Positions 11,593 through 20,763 of a DNA stretch of 64,000 bases are shown one piece after another. Each line of letters opens with the position of its first letter. The stretch's first letter is position 1. The position numbers and the translations under genes were made by a program. The notes beneath the pieces were generated by a model. It worked only from the letters and a program-made list of their open reading frames with translations. It searched no databases and had not been told where the DNA came from. Origin of the DNA: Longimicrobiales bacterium (GTDB lineage Bacteria > Gemmatimonadota > Gemmatimonadetes > Longimicrobiales > Gaopeijiaceae); the NCBI GenBank assembly GCA_965197485.1, contig CBDANG010000009.1:113977-177976 (forward strand), written 5' to 3'.

Positions 11593-12885
11593 TCAGGCAA
11601 CGCCGACCGCCTCGCCCGTCCGAATCAGGGAGAGATAGTCCTCACGAAACTTCTGGATCGACGAAATAACCGGCGCAGCGGCCGAGTCCGAGAGTACGCA
11701 GATCGTCGTCCCCGTTATCTGATCCCCCAGCTCCAGGAGAGTGTCCAAATCCTGTTCCGTCCCCTTCCCATCCTCGATCCTCGAAAGGATCCGCGAAAGC
11801 CAGGTCGTCCCCTCTCGGCAGGGAGTACACTGACCGCACGACTCGTGCGCGAAGAAGTCGACCATCCGGCGGACCTGCTTGACGAGGTTGGTTGCGTCAT
11901 CCATGACAATCACCGAGGCACAGCCCAGCATGGACCCTCGCTCGACAACGCCCTCGTAGTCTAGCTCGCATCCGTCGCATTCCTCGGCGGTCATGATGGG
12001 TACGGAGGCCCCGCCGGGGATGACCGCCTTCAGCCGACGTCCCTCCGGGATTCCTCCGCAGACGTCATAGATCAGATCGTTCATGGGAAAGCCCATGGGA
12101 AGCTCGTAGTTTCCCGGCCGCCGGACATGTCCGCTCACGCAGAAAAGCTTCGTTCCGGGACTCTTCTCGGTCCCCCATTGCCGATACCAGTCTCCTCCGT
12201 GCCTCACGATGTGAGGAACGGCGCAAAGGGTCTCGACGTTATTGATCGTTGTGGGCTGACCGAAGGCGCCTACAGCCGCGGGGAACGGAGGCTTGATCCG
12301 GGGGAGGCCGCGCCGCCCCTCGAGCGACTCCATCAAAGCCGTCTCTTCCCCGCAGATGTAGGCGCCCGCTCCTTGGTGGACCGTCACCTCGATCGACGCT
12401 CCGGACCCCTGAATGTCGTCCCCGACGAAGCCCACCTGGTACGTCTCTTCGACCGCTCGCGCCAGGACCTGATTGGCCTCGAAGAACTCTCCTCTACAGT
12501 AGATGTAGACGTGGTCGGCCTGGATGGCATAGGCCGCGATCAAGCACCCCTCGATGAGCTGGTGAGGGGTCCAGCGCATCAGCTCTCGATCCTTGAAGGT
12601 CCCAGGCTCCGACTCATCCGCGTTACAGCAAAGGTAGTGGGCACCCCTCTTCTCGTTCGGCATGAAGGACCACTTCACACCGGTCGGGAAGCCGGCACCC
12701 CCGCGCCCCCTGAGACCCGACTGCTTGACTGTTTCGATCACGGCATCCCGCCCCATCTCGAGCGCCTTCGTAAGGCCCTCGTATCCCCCCAAGGCCCTCC
12801 ACCCCTCGAGCGTTCGCGACGCGGGATCTCCCCATCCGTTGCTGAGAACGCGGATCTCTTTCTGATGCGTGTAGGGGTAGGCCAC
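11593..12885 (-). CDS. nuoF: NADH-quinone oxidoreductase subunit F
   Basis: NADH/FMN motifs GRGGAGFPTGVKW and GAGAYICGEETAL, plus 4Fe-4S motif ESCGQCTPCREG. Confidence 0.95.
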   Translation of the reverse strand: MAYPYTHQKEIRVLSNGWGDPASRTLEGWRALGGYEGLTKALEMGRDAVIETVKQSGLRGRGGAGFPTGVKWSFMPNEKRGAHYLCCNADESEPGTFKDRELMRWTPHQLIEGCLIAAYAIQADHVYIYCRGEFFEANQVLARAVEETYQVGFVGDDIQGSGASIEVTVHQGAGAYICGEETALMESLEGRRGLPRIKPPFPAAVGAFGQPTTINNVETLCAVPHIVRHGGDWYRQWGTEKSPGTKLFCVSGHVRRPGNYELPMGFPMNDLIYDVCGGIPEGRRLKAVIPGGASVPIMTAEECDGCELDYEGVVERGSMLGCASVIVMDDATNLVKQVRRMVDFFAHESCGQCTPCREGTTWLSRILSRIEDGKGTEQDLDTLLELGDQITGTTICVLSDSAAAPVISSIQKFREDYLSLIRTGEAVGVA

Positions 12886-13565
12886 TACTTCGCTTCAGCC
12901 CTGAGACGGGCTAGGATGTCGGCTACATCCAATGCGGAGACATTCTCAAAAAAGCGTGAATTGATCTGAACGACAGTGGGAAAGCCGCATGCCGCGAGGC
13001 ACTCCACCTCCATCACGGTGAACAGGCCATCCTGAGAGGTTTCACCTAGCTCCGTTCCGATTCTCTCCAGAAATGCCGAAAGCACGTCATCTCCTCCGCA
13101 GAGGTTGCAGGAGATGTTGGTGCAGACTTGGATTAGGAAGCGTCCCACCGGCCGCTTGTTGTACATCGTGTAGAAGGAGACTACGCCACGCACGTAAGCG
13201 TCAGACAGGCCCAACAGGGCCCCGACCTCACCCATCGTCTCATCTGAGATGTGACCGCGAAGCTCTTGAGCCAGATTGAGGATAGGAATCAGCGCCGCAC
13301 AAGGGTCGGGATAGCGCGAGAGGATCTTTTGAAATCGTTCTTCATAGGGACCATCGAAGAGCGTGGCAGAGGGGTCTCTTCTCTGGAGTAAGAAAGGACG
13401 GGATGGCGCAGCGCCGGGGTGACCGCCGTCCGCCGGAATCACTCCGACATAGTCGATCCCGCGCACCTCCGCCTCGGTGAGATCGAACTCTCCAGTGTTG
13501 CCTGCCCAGCCCGGATTTCGGAAGGGGATCTCCCCGTTTGAAGCGCCTGCCTCCGACCCACTCAC
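12885..13565 (-). CDS. nuoE: NADH-quinone oxidoreductase subunit E
   Basis: 2Fe-2S thioredoxin-like core with CTNISCNLCG...ECLAACGFPT. I set the start to GTG 13565, which overlaps the nuoD stop (GTGA). The track ORF extends to 13691 inside nuoD. Confidence 0.85.
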   Translation of the reverse strand: MSGSEAGASNGEIPFRNPGWAGNTGEFDLTEAEVRGIDYVGVIPADGGHPGAAPSRPFLLQRRDPSATLFDGPYEERFQKILSRYPDPCAALIPILNLAQELRGHISDETMGEVGALLGLSDAYVRGVVSFYTMYNKRPVGRFLIQVCTNISCNLCGGDDVLSAFLERIGTELGETSQDGLFTVMEVECLAACGFPTVVQINSRFFENVSALDVADILARLRAEAK

Positions 13566-14839
13566 CGATCGATCTCCCCGAGCACGATATCCAGGCTCGC
13601 GTTGACCACGATCACATCGGCCAGAAGCCCGCCCTCGACGAGCTTGGGGATGACCGACAGGTTGATGAACGATGGCGGCCGGACCCTCCATCGAATTGGC
13701 TTGGAGCCACCGTCGCTCACCACATACATTCCGAGCTCCCCCTTCGACCCTTCCACTGCGAAATACGACTCTCCCGGAGGTGCCTTCACCCCATCCATCA
13801 CCAGCTTGAAATGATGGATCATGGATTCCATGTCGTTCATGCAGTCGGTCTTCGTAGGCAATACGACTCTAGGATCATCGACATTCATCGGACCATCCGG
13901 GAGACGGTCGAGTGCCTGGTGAAGGAGCCGACAGCTCTGCCGCATCTCCTCCATTCGCACCATGTAGCGGTCGTAGCAATCCCCGCGCTCCCCGATGGGG
14001 ATATCGAATTCGTACGTCTCGTAGTCGTAGTACGGGTTGTCCTTGCGAAGGTCATAAGGGACTCCAGAGGCTCTGAGGTTCGGTCCGGAAAACCCAGAGT
14101 TTATCGCTTCCTCTCCGGAGATCACCCCTACGCCCTGCGTACGGCCTAGATGAATCCCGTTCGTCGCCAGGAGGTCATCGACTTCGTCCAAGGTGTCGGG
14201 CAGAGTGTTCACAAACTGTCGGACCCCTTCAGTCCAGCCCTCGGGGATCTCGGCCATCATGCCACCCACCCTAGTGGCCGAGGTCGTGATTCGAGCTCCA
14301 GTGAATGCCTCGTGGAGTCGGTAGACCCGCTCTCGCTCCTGGAACGCATACAGGAACGGGGTGAAGGCGCCGACGTCGATCGCCCAGGTCCCCAACCATA
14401 GCAAGTGTGAGAAGATCCGATCTAGCTCCATGCAGATTACGCGGACCACCTTGCAACGCTCGGTGACCTTCACCCCCATCATCTTCTCAACGGCCATCAC
14501 GTATGCGCAGTTGTAGATGAGGGGGGCGAGGTAGTCTATCCGGTCCGTGAGGGGGACGATCTGATTCCAGTCCCGGTACTCCCCGAGCTTCTCAAAGGAG
14601 GAGTGGAGATACCCGATATGCGGGATGCAGCGGACGACGGTCTCCCCGTCCAGCTCTATGACGAGACGCAGTACTCCGTGTGTCGCGGGGTGCTGAGGTC
14701 CGATGTTGATCAACATGCTATCGGACCCGAAATCTGGTTCGGGGAGCTCCGTCGCCGACATCAACCCCTCTTGCGGATGGAAGTCCATCCCGAGTTCAGG
14801 AGTCCGCGAGACCTCGTATTCCAGGGTTCGCTTCGACAT
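13562..14839 (-). CDS. nuoD: NADH-quinone oxidoreductase subunit D
   Basis: Contains INIGPQHPATHGVLRL and the C-terminal ...NASLDIVLGEIDR. Start set to ATG 14839 ([10 protein letters not shown]), overlapping the nuoC stop (TGATG). Confidence 0.9.
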   Translation of the reverse strand: MSKRTLEYEVSRTPELGMDFHPQEGLMSATELPEPDFGSDSMLINIGPQHPATHGVLRLVIELDGETVVRCIPHIGYLHSSFEKLGEYRDWNQIVPLTDRIDYLAPLIYNCAYVMAVEKMMGVKVTERCKVVRVICMELDRIFSHLLWLGTWAIDVGAFTPFLYAFQERERVYRLHEAFTGARITTSATRVGGMMAEIPEGWTEGVRQFVNTLPDTLDEVDDLLATNGIHLGRTQGVGVISGEEAINSGFSGPNLRASGVPYDLRKDNPYYDYETYEFDIPIGERGDCYDRYMVRMEEMRQSCRLLHQALDRLPDGPMNVDDPRVVLPTKTDCMNDMESMIHHFKLVMDGVKAPPGESYFAVEGSKGELGMYVVSDGGSKPIRWRVRPPSFINLSVIPKLVEGGLLADVIVVNASLDIVLGEIDR

Positions 14840-15492
14840 CAATGATCCGCTGAACTCGACGTCGACTCGGCGCCGCCATCTGTCTCCTGCCAACGGACGA
14901 GCTGCGGTTTGCGTCCACCCTCGAGATCGGCCGGGATGTAGTAATCCTCCGGCTCTTGAGAGAGCGCTCGGCGGGTTTGCTCAGCCCTCGTGAACCGACC
15001 CCGCAGGGGGAAGTCTTTCCTGAGTGGATGGCCCTCGGCGTAGTTCTCCGGCATGAGAATTCGGCGGAGATCAGAATGACCTCGAAAGGAGACGCCGAAC
15101 ATGTCGTAGACCTCTCGCTCAAGCCAGTTCGCGGAGGCCCAAAGCGGCTCCACTGAGTCGATCTCAAGCGCAGAAAGCGGGAGTTCCGCCTTGACCCTGA
15201 GTGCGTACCGGTGAGGGATGGAGAACAGCTGATACACCATCTGGATCGGTCGGCCGCCCCCGTAGTCGACAGCCGTGAGATCGGAGAGGTAGTTGAAAAG
15301 GAATTCGGGGACCTCCTTGAGCCACCGGAGGATCTCGGTGACTCGCGACGGCTCGACGTAAACGACGTGCTCGTCTCCCGAGACGATCTCGTAGCGGAGG
15401 ACCGCGCCTCCGAACTGGTCTCGAAGAGCCCCTACGGCCGGGAGTGTCGCGACGGAGAGCTCGACTCCGCTCGACTCCACCGGCTCGCTCAT
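14839..15492 (-). CDS. nuoC: NADH-quinone oxidoreductase subunit C
   Basis: 217 aa containing ...[27 protein letters not shown].... It is separate from nuoD (not fused). Confidence 0.9.
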   Translation of the reverse strand: MSEPVESSGVELSVATLPAVGALRDQFGGAVLRYEIVSGDEHVVYVEPSRVTEILRWLKEVPEFLFNYLSDLTAVDYGGGRPIQMVYQLFSIPHRYALRVKAELPLSALEIDSVEPLWASANWLEREVYDMFGVSFRGHSDLRRILMPENYAEGHPLRKDFPLRGRFTRAEQTRRALSQEPEDYYIPADLEGGRKPQLVRWQETDGGAESTSSSADH

Positions 15493-16169
15493 GGAAGGAG
15501 CGGACCCGAAGGTCCGCGAACCCCCTCGGTAACTAGGCCGCTACTCTGGTCCTGCAGAGTGGAGTTGCCAAATGGCCCCGAAAGCGCACGTACCTCCTGC
15601 TCTTCCGCTTGTGGATGCCCTGCCTGGTCCGGATCCTCGAAGCGGTGTTCCGCGTGTCGGGCCAAAGTCTCTCCTCGGACCTTCTCCTGGATCATCATCA
15701 GCCCATAGATCAGAGCCTCGGGTCGAGGGGGGCATCCTGGAACGTACACGTCAACGGGAATGATCGTGTCGATCCCTTGCACCATGGAGTAGACATCAAA
15801 CACACCACCCGACGAGGCGCACGCTCCCATCGACACGCACCACTTGGGTTGCGGCATCTGATCCCAGATTCTCCGGAGCACGGGGGCAAGCTTGTACGGA
15901 ACCCGACCGGCGCAGATCAACACATCCGCCTGTCGCGGAGAGAAGGCCATGCGCTCCATGCCAAAGCGGGCTAGATCCTGGTCCGACGCCGCCGACGCCA
16001 TCATCTCGATGGCGCAGCACGCCGTTCCGAAGGGCATGGGCCAGAGGGAGTTGCGTCTCGCCCAGTTCACGACGAAGTCCACCTTAGTAGTAAGGAATGT
16101 GGGGGTTCCGGTCCCGAGGAGACCGCCGCCGGCACCAGCCGTAGACCGCGCTCCGTCACTCATTCCCAC
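15489..16169 (-). CDS. nuoB: NADH-quinone oxidoreductase subunit B
   Basis: N2 cluster ligand motifs [19 protein letters not shown] and VPGCPPRPE. There is a C-terminal tail of about 55 aa. Confidence 0.95.
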   Translation of the reverse strand: MGMSDGARSTAGAGGGLLGTGTPTFLTTKVDFVVNWARRNSLWPMPFGTACCAIEMMASAASDQDLARFGMERMAFSPRQADVLICAGRVPYKLAPVLRRIWDQMPQPKWCVSMGACASSGGVFDVYSMVQGIDTIIPVDVYVPGCPPRPEALIYGLMMIQEKVRGETLARHAEHRFEDPDQAGHPQAEEQEVRALSGPFGNSTLQDQSSGLVTEGVRGPSGPLLP

Positions 16170-16516
16170 TCGAGTCCGCCCTTACGCCACTCGTAGATGA
16201 GACCCACGACCAGCACGAAGGTAAAGATGAGGACCGCCAGGAATCCCGCCCAACCCAGACTCCTCATCTCGACAGCCCAGGGAATGAGGAAAATGGCCTC
16301 GAGGTCGAAGATGATGAAGCTGATAGCGACCATGTAGAACTTGACCGAGAACCGCCCCCGGGTGTCCCCGAGAGGAATGATCCCGGACTCGTACGGCATT
16401 TCCTTTTCGGGGGTGACGCGGCGCGGATTCAGGATGTGCGAAGCGGCCAACATCCCGACCGCGTTCAGCACCGATACACCCAGAAGGATCAGGATCGGCA
16501 GATAGCTCGAGGCCAT
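16160..16516 (-). CDS. nuoA: NADH-quinone oxidoreductase subunit A
   Basis: 118-aa, three-TM ORF containing YESGI...[23 protein letters not shown]. It is the first gene of the operon. Confidence 0.9.
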   Translation of the reverse strand: MASSYLPILILLGVSVLNAVGMLAASHILNPRRVTPEKEMPYESGIIPLGDTRGRFSVKFYMVAISFIIFDLEAIFLIPWAVEMRSLGWAGFLAVLIFTFVLVVGLIYEWRKGGLEWE

Positions 16517-16535
16517 GACGACCCTTCGAAGACTT

Positions 16536-16551
16536 TGTGAAATGATTCACT
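16536..16551. promoter_or_regulatory. CRP/FNR-type inverted repeat TGTGA-aatgat-TCACT in the nuoA leader
   Basis: Read directly from the sequence. It matches TGTGA-N6-TCACA at 9 of 10 positions and lies 20-35 nt upstream of the nuoA ATG. Confidence 0.3.
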
Positions 16552-16830
16552 AGCTGTGCCCGAAATGTACCCGGGCACCAGATTGAGTGTCAACCCGACG
16601 CGAGGCTGACTTTGCCTGGTTTTCAGGGCATTTCGAGCATTCGAGGGACGTCGGATTCCGGCCCTCGAGCCAGTCCGGTGAGGCGCTTCCGGACGCCCCC
16701 TTTCGGGGGGGTGCTGCCCCGTCCTATACTCTCGGCGTCTCCGTAGGCTTCCTAGTGCATCTACTCCTGGGACGGTGACCAGACCGGCCGCCCGTTGCGG
16801 CCTTGGGCCTGCTCAAAAACCTCGGAATCG

Positions 16831-17382
16831 ATGACCATCCGAAACGACCGCTGGATCCGGAGAATGGCCCAAGAGCACCGGATGATCGAACCCTTCGAAT
16901 CCGGCCAAGTGCGCAGTGGAATCTCCTATGGGGTGTCCTCCTACGGATACGACATTCGCGTCGCCCCCGAATTCAAAGTCTTTACGAACGTCCACAATGT
17001 CGTGGTCGACCCAAAGGACTTTGATGGCCGCTCGTTCGTGGACGTCGACGCCGACACCTGCATTATTCCACCCAACTCCTTCGCACTGGCCCGGACCGTC
17101 GAGTTCTTCCGGATTCCGAGAGACACGATGGTGCTTTGCGTTGGGAAGAGCACCTACGCTCGCTGTGGGATCATCGTGAACGTCACCCCTCTAGAGCCCA
17201 CCTGGCAGGGCTTCCTGACTCTGGAGATCTCCAACACGACCCCGCTACCAGCAAAGATCTACGCGAACGAGGGAATCGCGCAGCTCATCTTTTTTCAGGG
17301 CGATGAGGAGCCGGAGACCGCATATGCGGACCGAAAGGGGAAATACCAAAATCAGGCGGGTGTGACTCTACCGAAGCTGTAG
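16831..17382 (+). CDS. dcd: dCTP deaminase
   Basis: [28 protein letters not shown]... is the classic Dcd N-terminus. Start moved to ATG 16831 (track ORF begins at 16795). Confidence 0.9.
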   Translation: MTIRNDRWIRRMAQEHRMIEPFESGQVRSGISYGVSSYGYDIRVAPEFKVFTNVHNVVVDPKDFDGRSFVDVDADTCIIPPNSFALARTVEFFRIPRDTMVLCVGKSTYARCGIIVNVTPLEPTWQGFLTLEISNTTPLPAKIYANEGIAQLIFFQGDEEPETAYADRKGKYQNQAGVTLPKL

Positions 17383-17393
17383 CGGAGTCAGCG

Positions 17394-17421
17394 ACCAGGC
17401 CGGGGAAACCCGGCGTGGTCT
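17394..17421. terminator. GC-rich hairpin between convergent dcd and mdh (possible bidirectional terminator)
   Basis: gaccaggccggg-GAAA-cccggcgtggtc forms a 12-bp stem with one mismatch and a GAAA loop. Neither strand has a U-tract. Confidence 0.3.
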
Positions 17422-17440
17422 GAATCGCGACGGAACCGAA

Positions 17441-18364
17441 TCAGTCCAGAGCAGCCATGGTAGATCGGACGGATTCCGCACTGCGCCCCAGCTCGGACTT
17501 CTCCATGTCAGAGAGCTCGACTTCGATGACCCCCTTCAGGCCTCCCGCACCTAGCTTGCACGGGACGCCCAGGAAGATTCCCTGATGTCCGTACTCCCCA
17601 TTCAAATAGACGGCGCACGGAAGGATGCGGTTCTTGTCCTTCACGATCGCCTCCGCCATCTGCACCGCCGCCGAGGAGGGAGCATAGTAAGCGCTCCCGG
17701 TCTTCAGATAGCTCACGATCTCGGCGCCACCTTTTCGCGTGCGCTCGATGAGCGCTTCGATGCGATCCATGGACAACAGCTGAGTCAAGGGAATGCCACT
17801 GATTGTCGTGTAACTCACCAGAGGCACCATCGTGTCGCCATGGCCCCCGAGGACGAGCGCCTGGATATCCTCGACGCTTACCTCCAGATCTAGCGCGATG
17901 AACGAGCGGAACCGCGCAGTGTCCAGTATGCCCGCCATCCCGAGAACCCGTTCTCTCGGGAATCGGGTGGTCGTCATAGCGACATAGGCCATTACATCCA
18001 GCGGGTTTGACACCATGATGATGATCGAATTCGGAGCAACCCGAGCAATCTCAGCGGATACGGAACGCACGATCCCGGCGTTCGTTCGTAGCAGGTCGTC
18101 CCGGCTCATCCCCGGCTTCCTCGCCACACCCGCTGTCACAATAAAGAGCTCCGATCCCTCTGAAGCTGCGTAGTCCGTGGACCCTGTGAGTCGGGAGTCG
18201 AACCCCTCAACCGGAGCACTCTCCCATTGATCCAACCCTTTCCCCTGAGGGATCCCGTCTGCCACGTCAACGAGAACGACCTCTCGAGCCAACTCTAGCT
18301 CAGCCAACCTCTGTGCACAGGTCGCCCCAACGTTCCCGGCACCGACGACGGTGATCTTCCGCAT
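17441..18364 (-). CDS. mdh: malate dehydrogenase (LDH-like family)
   Basis: Contains MRKITVVGAGNVGATCA, the catalytic region GGHGDTMVP, and is 307 aa long. Confidence 0.9.
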   Translation of the reverse strand: MRKITVVGAGNVGATCAQRLAELELAREVVLVDVADGIPQGKGLDQWESAPVEGFDSRLTGSTDYAASEGSELFIVTAGVARKPGMSRDDLLRTNAGIVRSVSAEIARVAPNSIIIMVSNPLDVMAYVAMTTTRFPRERVLGMAGILDTARFRSFIALDLEVSVEDIQALVLGGHGDTMVPLVSYTTISGIPLTQLLSMDRIEALIERTRKGGAEIVSYLKTGSAYYAPSSAAVQMAEAIVKDKNRILPCAVYLNGEYGHQGIFLGVPCKLGAGGLKGVIEVELSDMEKSELGRSAESVRSTMAALD

Positions 18365-18555
18365 CTCGTCCTCTTGTGACAGGGGTTACGGTAAAGACAG
18401 GAAGTTCGGAAAAAGTCCGCAGGAAGCTACCCGGCTCCCAGGTAGGTGTCAACGGCGAAAAAGGCTTGTTCAGGCCCCGGTCGCACGGGGCGCTCGGGCC
18501 CACCTCTACCCAGTGATGGAGGGCTTCGGCGGAGGGGGTCCAGCCGTCTCGGCAA

Positions 18556-19089
18556 CTAGCGGCGGGGTCCCCCGGGAGGCCGGCCGGGCCCTTGCCGTCC
18601 AGGCCCAAAGTTCGGGCCGTTCGGCGAGCCCAGTCGGCGAATCTGCTCTCCGAACTGGTCCCGCAGGGTCTGAAATCGCAAGACCTGCGATGGGGTGAGG
18701 ATCTCCAGGAGGCGGTCCTCCTCCTCCAAGAGCAAATCCGCCTCCCGCTGTCTGATCCCTCGCAGCTCCTGGATCAGCTCCATAGCTCGCTCCTCGGATC
18801 GGTCACCGGTCAGGAGCTGACGGATCTCTCTCCGGAGCTCGCGCCTGCGGGGCTGTAGCTCGGCCCTCGCCTCACTAAAGGAGCCGAAGATGTCTGCCAA
18901 CTCCTCTCGCTGCCCTTCGTCGAGCTGAAGCGATCGCGCCAGTCGGTTCTGGAAGCGCTGCTGGATCACTTGCAGCATCTCCTCCCTGCTCAGCTGCAAG
19001 CCCTGACCTCTCACCTGGGCTACTCCGTGGTGAGCTGGAAGAGGAAGCAGGGCCAAGACCAGGAAGGTGACCGCCGTCGATCGGATCAT
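18556..19089 (-). CDS. periplasmic Spy/CpxP-like (LTXXQ-motif) protein
   Basis: Signal peptide MIRSTAVTFLVLALLPLPAHHGVAQ, an Arg/Glu-rich helical body, an LTPSQ motif, and a Gly/Pro-rich tail. Its ATGA start overlaps the anti-sigma stop. Confidence 0.55.
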   Translation of the reverse strand: MIRSTAVTFLVLALLPLPAHHGVAQVRGQGLQLSREEMLQVIQQRFQNRLARSLQLDEGQREELADIFGSFSEARAELQPRRRELRREIRQLLTGDRSEERAMELIQELRGIRQREADLLLEEEDRLLEILTPSQVLRFQTLRDQFGEQIRRLGSPNGPNFGPGRQGPGRPPGGPRR

Positions 19090-19622
19090 TGATCCATCTC
19101 CTCAAGGAGAGCTCGGAGGATGTCGTCAGAGAGAGCCTCTGGCACGGGCCCGCCCGCGATCATCCACTCATCGCCATACCAGGACGCAGGTTCGGGTTCT
19201 AAGGCGAGCATCCAGACGGGGTCTGACGCCGGATCCGGACCCGAAAGGATCCCGACGCCCAGTGCTAGGACCGCTACGGCAGCAGCAGCGAGGCTCCAGG
19301 AGACCCCCCGCCAATGGACCCCATGCTCTCCATCCACCCGGGACTCGGGGGCAGTCGGTAGATCTCGCTCGGCCGCTCGGCCGAGCACTCCCTGCAGAAT
19401 GGAAATGGGAGGCTCGGGGCGAAGCTCGCCCAGCCGCATTACGAACTCCGCCTCAGCTCTACACTCCGAGCAGTCCCGTAGATGGAGCTCCACATTCGCG
19501 AAACTGGAACTTCTGGGGCCCGGCCCAAGCAGCGGAAGAAGGTCCCTGACCTCATCGCAGGAGGGGGACGCGGGTTGGGTCAACCCTTCCCTCTCACCTG
19601 ACCCGCGATCAGCCGAGCTCAT
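19086..19622 (-). CDS. anti-sigma factor (zf-HC2 type, single TM)
   Basis: Contains C-x..-HLRDCSECRAEAEF (H-x3-C-x2-C) and the TM segment WSLAAAAVAVLALGVGIL. It overlaps the sigma gene by 14 nt. Confidence 0.7.
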   Translation of the reverse strand: MSSADRGSGEREGLTQPASPSCDEVRDLLPLLGPGPRSSSFANVELHLRDCSECRAEAEFVMRLGELRPEPPISILQGVLGRAAERDLPTAPESRVDGEHGVHWRGVSWSLAAAAVAVLALGVGILSGPDPASDPVWMLALEPEPASWYGDEWMIAGGPVPEALSDDILRALLEEMDQ

Positions 19623-20172
19623 GAAGCCACTCCCGTAGCCGACCGATTCCGTAGTGGTAGTTCACACGCGCCGCACCTTCTGAGGACTCGATGACCTCTC
19701 CGATCTCCTTGAAGCTTAGTTCGTCGAATAGCCGTAGCGATACGCTAAGTCGCTGCTTTTCGGGCAGCTTCTCGAGCGCCACTCGAATGCGCCGGACCTC
19801 CTCGGCCCGAACGGCGCGCTCGTCGGGCGCGTCCGCATCACTGTGAAGTTGCGCGCCCTCTTCTAGTCGCTCTTCGCCTCGCCGCCCCTGTGAACGGATC
19901 AGTCCCAGCGCCTCGTTCCTCGCAATCGCCAATAGCCAGGTCCGGAATGACGAATCCCCTCGAAACCCCTCCAATCGATCCAGCGCCTTGAGGAATGTAT
20001 CCTGAGCCGCGTCGGCGGCCTGGTCCGCGTCCTTAAGAAAACCCAGAAGGAATCTGTAAACCACCCCCTGGTGGCGCGTTACGAGCTTCTCTAGCGCACT
20101 CGAATCACCGCCGCGTGCACGCGCGAGAAGATCGGCATCGTCCGGCTCCAACGATTGGTTTCGGGTCGTCAC
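19609..20172 (-). CDS. ECF-type RNA polymerase sigma factor
   Basis: Region 2 is ...VYRFLLGFLKDADQAADAAQDTFLKALDRLEGFRGDSSFRTWLLAIARNEA. Region 4 is LPEKQRLSVSLRLFDELSFKEIGEVIESSEGAARVNYHYGIGRLR. GTG start. Confidence 0.9.
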   Translation of the reverse strand: MTTRNQSLEPDDADLLARARGGDSSALEKLVTRHQGVVYRFLLGFLKDADQAADAAQDTFLKALDRLEGFRGDSSFRTWLLAIARNEALGLIRSQGRRGEERLEEGAQLHSDADAPDERAVRAEEVRRIRVALEKLPEKQRLSVSLRLFDELSFKEIGEVIESSEGAARVNYHYGIGRLREWLHELG

Positions 20173-20286
20173 CGAACGTTAGATGCCGAGGCCACTGCGT
20201 TCGTTAAAGGCGAGCCGGGATGCACGAAGCAGGCTTTCCGCCCGGCCGGGCGAAGGGACCCGCCACACTCAGGAGCCTAGCTCGGG

Positions 20287-20580
20287 CTATGGGCTACCCT
20301 GAGCCGCGACCCTGTTTCGAAGCTGTTTCGAAGGCTTGAAGACGGGAACGTTTCGCTCCGGGACCCGGACGGCCTCTCCCGTCCTGGGATTCCGGGCCTT
20401 CCTCGACTTCCTATGACGGACCTTGAACGTGCCGAAGCCACGAATCTCGATATTCTCGCCTCGGGCAAGAGCGTTCTTCACAGCACCCAGAAAACCATCC
20501 ACGATCAGAGCGCAGTCCCGCTTGGTGACTCCAGGGCCGATCGCCTCAGCCACTTCCTCCACAAGGTCCGCCTTCGTCAT
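20287..20580 (-). CDS. HU/IHF-family DNA-binding protein
   Basis: Contains MTKADLVEEVA...IRGFGTFKVRHRKSRKARNPRTGEAVRVPERNVPVFKPSK. ATG 20580 is preceded by GGAGAG (the track ORF starts at a TTG at 20592). Confidence 0.9.
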   Translation of the reverse strand: MTKADLVEEVAEAIGPGVTKRDCALIVDGFLGAVKNALARGENIEIRGFGTFKVRHRKSRKARNPRTGEAVRVPERNVPVFKPSKQLRNRVAAQGSP

Positions 20581-20763
20581 GTGTCTCTCCAATTGGAATG
20601 CCGCAGTCAGCGAGCCTGGTTCTCCAAGAGCCGCAAGTACATCCAGCCACTCCCACCGTCCGGAAGGCGCTAGGGTAACGGGGTCCCAACGGGACCGTCA
20701 ACCCTCCTCCTGCCGCCAGTGAAAGGAGGCGACTCGTGGGGCGTCACGGCCTGGCCAACTGTT

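Noticed and set aside
16694-16713. GC hairpin cgccccc-tttc-gggggg in the nuoA/dcd intergenic region as a terminator.
   Set aside because: It has only about 5-6 bp of stem, no U-tract, and lies between divergent promoters where no terminator is expected.
20175-20202. ECF-type promoter (GAAC ... TCTAA/CGTT) directly upstream of the intact ECF sigma gene, suggesting autoregulation.
   Set aside because: The -10-like element ends only 6 nt before the GTG start. This would imply a leaderless GTG-initiated mRNA, the GAAC-to-CGTT spacing (20 nt) is long, and the case is too weak without TSS data.
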